Below are positions 46,535 to 55,505 of a stretch of DNA of 64,000 bases, in pieces (position 1 is the first letter of the stretch; each line of letters begins with the position of its first letter). The position numbers and the translations under genes were made by a program. Under the pieces are notes generated by a model, which did not search any database, was not told the origin of the DNA, and saw nothing but the letters and a program-made list of their open reading frames with translations. The stretch is taken from NCBI GenBank assembly GCA_001029775.1, contig CP011215.1, forward strand, positions 490,303 to 554,302, in the 5' to 3' direction. The stretch is from Candidatus Campbellbacteria bacterium GW2011_OD1_34_28. GTDB lineage: Bacteria > Patescibacteriota > Minisyncoccia > Phycocordibacterales > UBA12079.

Positions 46535-47461
46535 TTATTTTGTTCTTATATAAATATAAATATCTTCCAAAGCTTTTATAGCATCTCCCGAAGCAATATT
46601 GTTTTGATGATATAAACCGTCGGTACAATCTCCAGCTGCCCAAACACCCTCTGCAGAGGTTCTTTGTGTTTGATGATCAACAACGATAGATTTGTAGTCG
46701 TTCAGTTTGACCAATTCAGAAACAAATCCTGTTGTTGGTTCTGCACCAATTTCTACAAAGATTCCATTTGTAGAAACTTCTTTTTCTTCGCCTGTGTGAA
46801 TATCAATATATCTCAAACCAGTGACAAATTTTTCTCCTAATATTTCTTTTGTCTCGGCATTTGATATCAGTTTGAAATTTGGATGTGAGGAAACTTTTTT
46901 GACGGTTATTTCATCTGCTTTAAATTTTCCATTTTTGTGTAGCAGAGTGACGCTCTTGGCATATGCTAAAAGTTGGGAAGCGGTTTCAAATCCTGCATTA
47001 CCGCCACCAATAACCATTACATCTCTTCCTGTGTATAGAGGGCCATCACAGGTAGCACAGTAAGTAATTCCGCGATGTTCCAAGACATCAGCATTTTTTG
47101 CTTGTAATCTTCTTCGGTGACTTCCTGTTGTTACCAAGACTGTCTTTGCTTTGTATAAATTATTTTTTGTTTTTATTTCAAAGCCATCAACTTTATTTCC
47201 ACTTATCAGCTCTACTTTTTCACCTTCTTTAATATCAACAATATCGCCAGCATATTCTTTTAAGTGACTTTCCAGATTTTTTGATAGCTCTTGTCCCGAA
47301 ATAGATTTTGTTCCAACCCAGTTTTGAATATCATCGGACACAATACTTTGTCCGCCAAAAGAGTCTGCAATTAAAACAGTTTTTAATTTTTTTCTTGCAG
47401 CGTATATTCCTGCGCTGATTCCTGCGGGACCTCCGCCAATGATTGCCAGTTCGTATATCAT
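46535..47461 (-). CDS. trxB: thioredoxin reductase-like FAD oxidoreductase
   Basis: GGGPAG, CATCDG, GGGNAG, AAGD. Confidence 0.9.
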   Translation of the reverse strand: MIYELAIIGGGPAGISAGIYAARKKLKTVLIADSFGGQSIVSDDIQNWVGTKSISGQELSKNLESHLKEYAGDIVDIKEGEKVELISGNKVDGFEIKTKNNLYKAKTVLVTTGSHRRRLQAKNADVLEHRGITYCATCDGPLYTGRDVMVIGGGNAGFETASQLLAYAKSVTLLHKNGKFKADEITVKKVSSHPNFKLISNAETKEILGEKFVTGLRYIDIHTGEEKEVSTNGIFVEIGAEPTTGFVSELVKLNDYKSIVVDHQTQRTSAEGVWAAGDCTDGLYHQNNIASGDAIKALEDIYIYIRTK

Positions 47462-47630
47462 AGTTTTTAGTCGTTAGTTTTTAGTTTATAGATAATTTCA
47501 AATTTTAACAGTTTTTGTTTAATAAGTAAAAATTTATGTAGTTTGAAAAAGCAAAGAAAAAACCCGTATTAATAATTACGGATTTTTTCTTTAAATTGGC
47601 GATGAAATGTGCCAAATTTGGGTTAATTTT

Positions 47631-48773
47631 TTATTTATTTCTTCTTAAAAATGAAGGTATAGCATCCCAAGTATCTTCTTCCTCCTCTTGTGCTGGCGGT
47701 TGCTGTGTAGGAGTTGGGTTGATTGGTTTTTGTGGAGTTTTAATTTCTTCTTTCTTTGTTCCTATTGTGTTGTGAATTTTATTTTTTTTATCGTCTATAA
47801 TAACTTTTCCAATAGGGGATAATCCAAACCCTGTTGCAATAACAGTAATTTTTATTTCGTTCTTTTTCAATTTGTCGTCTTTGATTGTTCCAAATTTTAC
47901 CTTTGCATCTGGATCAATTGATTCTGTAATAATATTTGCTGCTGTTTGGATTTCGTCCATTCTCAAATCGTCACCACCTGCAATTGTAAACAAAACTCCT
48001 TTTGCTCCGTGAATTGAAACATCCAATAGGGGAGAGCTGATTGCTTTTTTAGCGGCTTCTTCGGCTCTTTTTTCTCCAGTTGCTTTTCCTACTCCCATAA
48101 GAGCAGAACCAGAGTTTTCCATGATGGCGCTGATGTCTGCAAAGTCCACGTTGATTCTTCCAGGGGATGTAATAAGGTCTGAAATGCCCTCTACGGCCTC
48201 TCTTAATACCTCATCGCTCATAGCAAAGGCACTATCCACTGTCATTCCTTTTGGAGCAATACTCAAGATGCGATCGTTAGGGATAATAATCACAGCATCT
48301 ACCGCTCTCTGTAAATCGTTTAATCCGGCTTCTGCCAATTTCATTCTTTGATTTCCTTCAAAAGAAAATGGTTTTGTTACAACAGCAACTGTTAGGATGC
48401 CAAGTTCTTTTGCCATCTTTGCAATCACAGGGCTAGCACCTGTTCCTGTTCCTCCCCCCAATCCTCCGGTGATAAAGACCATGTCAGATCCTTTCAAAGT
48501 TTCTTGAATTTCTTCACGAGTTTCTTCTGCCGCTCTTTGTCCCAAGTCTGCGTTCATTCCTGTACCAAGTCCACGAGTTAGATTTTTTCCGATATGAATT
48601 TTTTTGTTTGCAAGAGAGTGATGCAAATCTTGTGCATCTGTATTCATAACAATAAATTCAACTCTGTCTACTTTAGACTTGATCATATAGTTGGTTGCGT
48701 TTTTTCCAGAGCCTCCTACTCCAATCACTTTTATTCTGGCGAATGCTTCAACCTCGGGGTTTATTTTCGGCAT
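47631..48773 (-). CDS. ftsZ: cell division protein FtsZ
   Basis: GGGTGTG tubulin motif, NVDFAD, C-terminal IPSFLRR. Confidence 0.97.
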   Translation of the reverse strand: MPKINPEVEAFARIKVIGVGGSGKNATNYMIKSKVDRVEFIVMNTDAQDLHHSLANKKIHIGKNLTRGLGTGMNADLGQRAAEETREEIQETLKGSDMVFITGGLGGGTGTGASPVIAKMAKELGILTVAVVTKPFSFEGNQRMKLAEAGLNDLQRAVDAVIIIPNDRILSIAPKGMTVDSAFAMSDEVLREAVEGISDLITSPGRINVDFADISAIMENSGSALMGVGKATGEKRAEEAAKKAISSPLLDVSIHGAKGVLFTIAGGDDLRMDEIQTAANIITESIDPDAKVKFGTIKDDKLKKNEIKITVIATGFGLSPIGKVIIDDKKNKIHNTIGTKKEEIKTPQKPINPTPTQQPPAQEEEEDTWDAIPSFLRRNK

Positions 48774-48996
48774 ATTAGTATAAAAATTATTTGTTAAATT
48801 AAAATAAAATACAGAGCGCTTTTTCAAGTCCGCACCGGTCTTTTAAACCATTTTTAAAAGTCATTACTATAATACCAAAAAGAAAAGCAAAATCAAAATT
48901 GATTAAAAGAGGCCTTTTTTGAATTTTATCCGAGATCCGACCTCGGGTAAATAAAAATCCCCCAGGCCGAAGCTTGGGGGTTGAAAGGGTTATATG

Positions 48997-49182
48997 TTAG
49001 AGAATCACCTGAATTCCCTTTGCCTCTAATTCTCTCCGAATTTTGAGAGGATCAGAGGTCTCTCCCACAACAACAAGAGGGTTGTTGGGGTGAGTGATGT
49101 TCCAGCCACGCTTGTCGTCCCTACGGACAACAGCGACTTCTTTCAGGTCGTACTTACGACCGTTCTCTGTTTGGAAAGTCAT
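48997..49182 (-). CDS. small orphan protein inserted between ftsA and ftsZ
   Basis: TTGACA-17-TATAAT promoter, AGAGGA SD, own hairpin at ~48958-48981. Confidence 0.7.
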   Translation of the reverse strand: MTFQTENGRKYDLKEVAVVRRDDKRGWNITHPNNPLVVVGETSDPLKIRRELEAKGIQVIL

Positions 49183-49427
49183 TTTTTTATCCTCTTTCAA
49201 TTTTTTTTAGGTTGTCCTCCCTATAGACAACCTTATTCTTATATTATTATATAACTATATAATACAAGTGTCAATAGAGTAAAAACCTTTTAAAAACAAG
49301 CTAAAATAGGGAAGTGAGATACAATAAGATTATATGTTGTTTGTGTCAATATAGCGTAATAATTCAAAACAAAAAACGGAAAATTTTGTTTCAACAAAAT
49401 TTTCCGTTTTTAATATTTAAATTGCAA

Positions 49428-50594
49428 TTATATTGAAAACATTCGAAGCCATCCAAACAATTTTTCTTTGATATTCTTGAATCCACGAGAGATTCCGCCT
49501 TCATCTTTTGAATTTAATCCCAAGACACACAATCCATAGGCGACAGTCCAAGTAGAGTCTTTTATTTTTGCATTTGTATTAGTAATTAGGTTAATAGAAG
49601 CAACTTTTGAAGGCAATTTCAAATATGCTTTTGCGATGTCTTCTATTGTGGTAATACCGGATCCACCCCCTGTCAAAATAATTCCCCCTGGTAACAGTCC
49701 ATTTCTACCGATTTTTTTAAGGTGTGCCTCGATTAGCTGGAAAATACCTGCCAATCTTGAAAAAATAATATCGTCTAATTTCTTTTTTGGGTAAGATGTA
49801 TTGCTGATTACTCCTGTTTTTATTTTTTCCGCTTCCTCCAAAGAAATCTTTAGACCCAAAGCAATGTCGTTTGTTATATTAGTTGATCCAATAGGGAATA
49901 TTTCTAAGGAAATAGGAGTGTTGTTTTCGTAAACTATTATTGAGACAGTTTCTGATCCTAAATTTGCCAAAACACAGCCCGGCATCTTTTGAGATTTTGT
50001 TAGGGTTACGATTCCTGCTGCTATCGGAGCAGCAACAATGTCTTCTACTTCAATACCAATTTCTTCAACCGCATTTATCAAATCTTCCAAATGTTGTTTT
50101 AGATATGTAATAAATAAAACTTCTATTTCCATTTTTTTCCCCTTTATTCCCTGTGGTCTGCCGAATACTTTTTGTCCATCTATTTTATATGAAAGGGGAA
50201 CACGATGAATAATTCTTTTGTTTAAAAGCTGAACATTGTTTTCTGCTGAACGGATTGCTTTTTGTATATCAAGTTCTGTTATTTCATAATCTCCTTTTGT
50301 TGAGATAGTAGAACCGACGGTAGTGATCCCTTCTAGAGAAACTCCTCCTATCGATAGGTATGCTTTTTTAATTTTTATACCCGAAGATCTTTCTGCTTGT
50401 TTAACCGCTCTTTCTAGACTTTTTGATACATCACTTTGATTTATGATATAGCCGTGACGAAGACCTTTTGATTCAGAAGAACCTCTCCCAATAATCCTTG
50501 GAATGTCTTTTGATTTCTCTTTTATCAATTCAGCAACAACCACCTTTATTTGGTGTGTTCCGATGTCTATTCCCACTGAATTTTTTTTAGACAC
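49428..50594 (-). CDS. ftsA: cell division protein FtsA
   Basis: GIDIGT, GLRHG, ITNDIA, LTGGGS; near ftsZ. Confidence 0.93.
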   Translation of the reverse strand: MSKKNSVGIDIGTHQIKVVVAELIKEKSKDIPRIIGRGSSESKGLRHGYIINQSDVSKSLERAVKQAERSSGIKIKKAYLSIGGVSLEGITTVGSTISTKGDYEITELDIQKAIRSAENNVQLLNKRIIHRVPLSYKIDGQKVFGRPQGIKGKKMEIEVLFITYLKQHLEDLINAVEEIGIEVEDIVAAPIAAGIVTLTKSQKMPGCVLANLGSETVSIIVYENNTPISLEIFPIGSTNITNDIALGLKISLEEAEKIKTGVISNTSYPKKKLDDIIFSRLAGIFQLIEAHLKKIGRNGLLPGGIILTGGGSGITTIEDIAKAYLKLPSKVASINLITNTNAKIKDSTWTVAYGLCVLGLNSKDEGGISRGFKNIKEKLFGWLRMFSI

Positions 50595-50649
50595 TTTTAA
50601 AAATCAATAATTAATAATTATTAAATCAGAAAATTATTTTTTGCAGAAA

Positions 50650-51042
50650 TTAAAGATTAAAAAATTTTCTAATTTTATCTTCTTGTTCCTCCATTCTACT
50701 ACTATGTTCAAAACCTTTCAAATGGATAAGTCCGTGTATAAATAGGAATCCTATAAAATCGGAAAATTCTCTCTCGTATTTTTTTGCTTGTTTTTCGGCT
50801 AGTTTATAATTTATAAAAATTTCTCCAGAATCTTCTGAAAGTGGAAAACTTAGAATATTTGTCGGGCTGTTTTTTCCTCGGTATTGTGTATTTAGTCTTT
50901 TTGATAATTTATCTCCAATAAACACCAAACTTAATTCATATTTTTTACCTAATGCCTTATTTTTGATATTTTCAAAAGGCAAGCTGGGAAGCTTGCCTTT
51001 TGTTTGGTTTTTTATATTGATTGTTTCTTCTGATTTTTTCAA
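50650..51042 (-). CDS. ybeY: rRNA maturation endoribonuclease YbeY
   Basis: YRGKNSPTNILSF, HGLIHLKGFEH. Confidence 0.92.
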   Translation of the reverse strand: MKKSEETINIKNQTKGKLPSLPFENIKNKALGKKYELSLVFIGDKLSKRLNTQYRGKNSPTNILSFPLSEDSGEIFINYKLAEKQAKKYEREFSDFIGFLFIHGLIHLKGFEHSSRMEEQEDKIRKFFNL

Positions 51043-51046
51043 AGTC

Positions 51047-51277
51047 TTACTTCTTTGCGGGAGCTTTTCCCATCTTAATCATTTGATCAATTTCAGCTTT
51101 TCTTGTTATTGATTTAAGAGTTCTCTTTTTTCTTGTGTATTTTGATTCATCTCTTTGGTGGTATCTGATAGAACGCACTCTAGCGATGATTCCCGAGCTC
51201 TTTACTTTCTTGCTGAATCTTCTAATCAAACCAAGGTTATTTTCGTTATTATTCTTTGTTAACTCAATGTTTATCAT
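51047..51277 (-). CDS. rpsU: 30S ribosomal protein S21-like
   Basis: small basic protein, LIRRFSKKVKSSG...RY. Confidence 0.7.
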   Translation of the reverse strand: MINIELTKNNNENNLGLIRRFSKKVKSSGIIARVRSIRYHQRDESKYTRKKRTLKSITRKAEIDQMIKMGKAPAKK

Positions 51278-51315
51278 GGCTGTTAGAATAACATAATTTA
51301 TTTTTTTATGCAAAG

Positions 51316-51418
51316 AAAAAACGCCTTCCCGGGGGAAGGCGTTGAAAGAAGGTTGTAATCGTTGGAAGTTTTCCTGATTATTTGTTTGGGAGGGAAGCCC
51401 AAACCCAATCGATTACAT
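51316..51418 (-). ncRNA. candidate sRNA
   Basis: TTGACA-16-TATACT promoter, closed multi-stem TGTAATCG...CGATTACA, terminator. Confidence 0.55.
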
Positions 51419-51498
51419 TAATAGTATACATTTAAATTTATCATTGTCAATCCCACACTTTTTGTTTTTGTAGAAACAATCCGCCTGTCTTTAATGGT

Positions 51499-52638
51499 TT
51501 AAACAAACTTTATTTTTTTCAAATATTGAGGAAGTTTGTTTATTTTTACAATTTCATAAGAAACATTATGTGTATTTTTGAAAATAACTTCGTCTTCAAG
51601 CGCTTCTTTTTGGCCGATTATTATCATATAAGGAACGCGTGTTTTTTTTGCGCTGATAAACTGATCGCTTAGCTTGTTTTTATATAGTTTTTGATGAACT
51701 GTGATTTTTTGTCTTCTCAAGATATCAATTACCTCAAAACTTTTTAGTTTTGCTTTGAATCCAAATTGAATCAAAAATATTTGAGGGGTGTTTATTTTGT
51801 TTGAGTAAGCAGGAGTAAATCCATTTTTCTTGTAAATCATAGAAAGACCAACTGCGGGTAGATTTCTTTTTCCGATGATTTTGTTTACTACATCATCATA
51901 TCTTCCTCCTCTTGCCAAGATTAATTCTGTAGAGTCTTCTCCTAATGTTTTAATTTCAAAGACTGTTTTTGAATAATGGTTGTCTTCTACAACAAGGTCA
52001 CTGTTGATTCGGTAGGGAAGACGCATGTCTTCTAGATATTCCAAAACCTCTTTAAAGTGTTGGCGGCTTTTTTCTGTTAAGTAGTTTATTGGTCGCGGAG
52101 CATTTTCTATCAATTCTCTGCAGTTTTCGTTTTCACAAGAGGTTGCTAAGAAATTTTTCTTATCAATTTTATATTTACAACTACAATTGAAAGAACCAGA
52201 ATGTTTTTTATAATAATTACCTACTTCCTCTATAAATTTGTTTAGAGAGTCTTTATCACCTGTACAATTTATATCTATAAAAAAATTTTTATAACCTTCT
52301 TCACTTAGAATTTTTGAAGCCGTATTTATAAGCATTGCTTCGGCGATACTATTTTGAACTCCGATAATATCAAGGCTTAAGACTTTGTGAGTTTTTAAAT
52401 TAGGAATTTGTTTTTTGTTTATCAAAATAGGACGATCAAAATAAAGCATTAGTGGTTGTGAGTTTGCACCTTTTCCACTCATTTTTCCATATGTTTTTAA
52501 TACATGGTGTTTTTCTTCAGGGTGAAGAGGAGTATTTTTGTTTGTGTAGGCGGTTGGGATTTCTTCAAATCTAAAACCATGGTGAAGTGCTATTTCGTCA
52601 GCTTTGTCTAATCTTTTTTTGAGGATTTTAATGTCCAT
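51499..52638 (-). CDS. degenerate histidyl-tRNA synthetase paralog
   Basis: motif 3 GGRYD and anticodon-binding domain retained; motif 2 and RGLDYY replaced. Confidence 0.7.
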   Translation of the reverse strand: MDIKILKKRLDKADEIALHHGFRFEEIPTAYTNKNTPLHPEEKHHVLKTYGKMSGKGANSQPLMLYFDRPILINKKQIPNLKTHKVLSLDIIGVQNSIAEAMLINTASKILSEEGYKNFFIDINCTGDKDSLNKFIEEVGNYYKKHSGSFNCSCKYKIDKKNFLATSCENENCRELIENAPRPINYLTEKSRQHFKEVLEYLEDMRLPYRINSDLVVEDNHYSKTVFEIKTLGEDSTELILARGGRYDDVVNKIIGKRNLPAVGLSMIYKKNGFTPAYSNKINTPQIFLIQFGFKAKLKSFEVIDILRRQKITVHQKLYKNKLSDQFISAKKTRVPYMIIIGQKEALEDEVIFKNTHNVSYEIVKINKLPQYLKKIKFV

Positions 52639-52682
52639 ATTTTTGTTAAAAAACAATTTATTAATGATATTTAATTTGATGA

Positions 52683-53231
52683 TTAATAATCAAAATTTCC
52701 TGGCAATACATCTATCTTATTAATTGGCAGAAGTCTTAAGAAGGCTTTTCCTACTATCATATCTTTGGGCAATGCCCCCCAAAATCTTGAGTCCGAGCTA
52801 TTTCCTCGGTTGTCTCCCATAACAAAATATTCATTTTCTCCTAATTCAACCCGCGTGTTTTCCAGAGATCCTTTTTCAACATAATTTTCTTTTAGATTTA
52901 AACCTTCTGGTTTGTTGATATTGTAGATTGTTACCTTTCCGTTCTTAATTTCTACTGTTTCGTTTGGTAATCCGATAATTCTTTTTATAAAGAAACGACT
53001 TGGATCTTTGGGATATTTGAAAATTATTACTTCGCCTCTTTGAGGGTCTTCTATTCGGTAAGAAATTTCATCAACAATGAGATAGTGACCTGTTTCAAAT
53101 GTCGGACTCATCGATGCGCCATCAACAATAAATGGTTTTGCGACGTACATTCTGAAAGGAAGCACAATAAGTAAAGTAAGTAGTGAGAACTTTAAAACTT
53201 CTACAAAAAAGTTTTCTTTAGAATTATTCAT
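52683..53231 (-). CDS. lepB: signal peptidase I
   Basis: GASMSPT, IKRIIGLP, GDNRGNSSDSR. Confidence 0.95.
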   Translation of the reverse strand: MNNSKENFFVEVLKFSLLTLLIVLPFRMYVAKPFIVDGASMSPTFETGHYLIVDEISYRIEDPQRGEVIIFKYPKDPSRFFIKRIIGLPNETVEIKNGKVTIYNINKPEGLNLKENYVEKGSLENTRVELGENEYFVMGDNRGNSSDSRFWGALPKDMIVGKAFLRLLPINKIDVLPGNFDY

Positions 53232-53385
53232 TGCAGATATCTTATCACAAACAAAAATTCAAATGCAAAGAAAAATTTATCGGAAAATTTTTTATTTCTC
53301 TCGTCAATAGGATTTTTTCTGGTGTTTTAAAAAATTTATGTGTTATAATTTATCGGAATTAATTATAAATTTAAAATTTTTTTAT

Positions 53386-53622
53386 ATGAACAAAGTAACA
53401 ATTTATACAACACCGACTTGTACTTATTGTTTGATGGCAAAAGATTTTTTTCAAAGCAACGATGTTGACTATGAAGAAGTTGATGTTGCTGGCAATCAAG
53501 AAAAAATACAAGAGCTGTTGGAGTTGACCGATGGTCAAATGGGAGTGCCTGTTATCGTAATTGATGGGGAAGTAGTCTTTGGTTTTGACAAAAGCAGAAT
53601 CGAAGAGCTTTTGGGAATTTAA
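53386..53622 (+). CDS. glutaredoxin/NrdH-like protein
   Basis: CTYC, GVPVI, GFD. Confidence 0.9.
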   Translation: MNKVTIYTTPTCTYCLMAKDFFQSNDVDYEEVDVAGNQEKIQELLELTDGQMGVPVIVIDGEVVFGFDKSRIEELLGI

Positions 53623-53738
53623 AAACAACAATAAAATTTTAAATAAAAAACCCCGTATAAATTTTATTTACGGGTTTTTTTATTTATTAAACATTAAATT
53701 GAATAAAAAACATTATAATGATATCTTAGAGAATAAAT

Positions 53739-53810
53739 GCTCTCATAGTTAAATGGATATAACGACTCCGTCCTAAGGAGTAATTCTAGGTTCGATTCCT
53801 GGTGAGAGCA
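53739..53810 (+). tRNA. tRNA-Arg(CCT)
   Basis: GCTCTCA/TGAGAGC acceptor, CCT anticodon. Confidence 0.95.
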
Positions 53811-54056
53811 CAAAATAAAAACAGGTGTAGCGAAAGCTCCGCCTGTTTTTATTTTGTGTTCTCACAGAAAGCAAACTGCTTTGCTTTCGTCAGGAATCGA
53901 ACGGTGGAGCATGTCGCACGCAAGTTATTTTCTCCCACAAAGAGAAAATAACGAGTACGACAGCGAACCGCGTCCAGCGATACTTGGGATTTTTTGAAAC
54001 ACGAAGTGTTTTGAAAAAGACTTAGTAATCGCGGGACGATTCCTGGTGAGAGCACA
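53811..54056 (+). repeat. tRNA-linked 3' element (Arg)
   Basis: split antisense end at 53855-53902, core 53903-54037, exact 20-bp direct repeat 54037-54056. Confidence 0.9.
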
Positions 54057-54110
54057 TATTAAAAACAAGTTTACTTTGATGTTTTTTTTGATATACTTTT
54101 GTTTATGGAT

Positions 54111-54223
54111 CCCGTTAGAGATAGCGAACGCATAGCGGGATAAACAACAGAATCAATTTATTAATATAATTTAAATAGATAGAACGTGTGATTATATAAA
54201 GTTCGCGTCCTATCTCTAACGGG
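54111..54223. mobile_element. MITE-like element, 14-bp TIRs, ATGGA flanking duplication
   Basis: CCCGTTAGAGATAG ... CTATCTCTAACGGG flanked by ATGGA(T) and ATGGA(A). Confidence 0.75.
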
Positions 54224-54505
54224 ATGGAATATTTTGATCCAGAATTACAAAATTTGATGAGGGAAAATCTCAAAGTTGCTAATGAGAACAATGAATTGCT
54301 TCACAAAATTTGGAGAGATGTTCAATATAAGAGATTTCTCAAATTTTTTTATTGGGGAATAATAATTGCCATTACTTTTGGTGCATATTATTATATCCAA
54401 CCAATCATAGATTCAATTTCTGAAAATTATGGTAGTTTGAGAGGAGGACTTGATGTAGGTATCAAAAATTTTCAAAAAATAAATGATTTGATTCCCAAGA
54501 TTTAA
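54224..54505 (+). CDS. small membrane hypothetical protein
   Basis: coiled N-terminus plus single TM. Confidence 0.75.
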   Translation: MEYFDPELQNLMRENLKVANENNELLHKIWRDVQYKRFLKFFYWGIIIAITFGAYYYIQPIIDSISENYGSLRGGLDVGIKNFQKINDLIPKI

Positions 54506-54531
54506 AAATTTAAATTTTTAACTTTAAATAT

Positions 54532-54604
54532 GTCGAGGTAGCTCAGTTGGTAGAGCATTCGCCTGAAGAGCGAAGGGTCGGCGGTTCGAGCCCGCCCCTC
54601 GACA
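54532..54604 (+). tRNA. tRNA-Phe(GAA)
   Basis: GTCGAGG/CCTCGAC acceptor, GAA anticodon. Confidence 0.95.
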
Positions 54605-54670
54605 CATATAAAAAATCAGCCTGAATAAGGCGTAAAAAAATGCAGAGGCCTTGCCTCTGCATTTTTTGTT

Positions 54671-55126
54671 TTATTGAAAAAGTTTTTCCACTACTTCTTT
54701 TACATCTCCTCCGTCTGCCTTATCTTTTAATTCTTTTATTATTGCTCCCATCAACATTCCCATCTTGGACTTATCCGTTAGCCCCATTTCATCTTTCTTA
54801 ACGATGGCAATTTTCAGGATCTCTTCTTTGCTCATTGTTGCTGGAAGATATTCACCTAATATTGCGAGCTCCTTTTCTTCGTTTTGTGCCAAATCCTCGC
54901 GATTTCCTTTTTTAAATAGTTCTATAGAATCTTTTCTTTGTTTAACCATTTTTTTGATCACATTAAGGGCATCTGCATCAGGTAGTTCTTCGCTCGGTTT
55001 TTTTCTTTGTGCAACTAATTCATTTGTGAATCCAGCAAGTAGACCTTTTAAAACGAGAGTTCTTACTTCGTCTCTTGCTTTCATAGATTCTTTTAACTGT
55101 TCTTTGATTTGATTTTGTATTGTCAT
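54671..55126 (-). CDS. GatB/YqeY domain protein
   Basis: MKARD, KQRKDSIELF..GNREDL, YLP, MGMLMG. Confidence 0.92.
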   Translation of the reverse strand: MTIQNQIKEQLKESMKARDEVRTLVLKGLLAGFTNELVAQRKKPSEELPDADALNVIKKMVKQRKDSIELFKKGNREDLAQNEEKELAILGEYLPATMSKEEILKIAIVKKDEMGLTDKSKMGMLMGAIIKELKDKADGGDVKEVVEKLFQ

Positions 55127-55222
55127 ATAAACAAGTATAAAGTTAAAAGTTTATAAAGTCTATAAAGTTCATAAAGTTTTTAAAGTATAAAGTTAAAGTA
55201 CATAAAAAAATAATTTATAACC

Positions 55223-55381
55223 CTATATGTTCTTTACATTTGCAGTCATATAATCATAAGTAACAAAAGCTATTTGAATAGAAGTTTTCAAAAAAGAATA
55301 TCCTATTATAAGGGTACAAACAAAAAGAAATCCTAACAGGAAATCATAATGGTATTCTTTTTTAGAAGTTTTCTCGATCAT
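55223..55381 (-). CDS. small membrane peptide
   Basis: 52-aa ORF with one TM helix. Confidence 0.4.
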   Translation of the reverse strand: MIEKTSKKEYHYDFLLGFLFVCTLIIGYSFLKTSIQIAFVTYDYMTANVKNI

Positions 55382-55505
55382 TGTTTTTAAACAAGGTGTG
55401 ATACACACAAAGAGAAATTTTACACCATCTTTCTGAAAAGTAAAATGTGGAAAACCCAATATTTTTATTAAATAAACTAATAAAAAATTTTGTTATAATT
55501 GTTTT

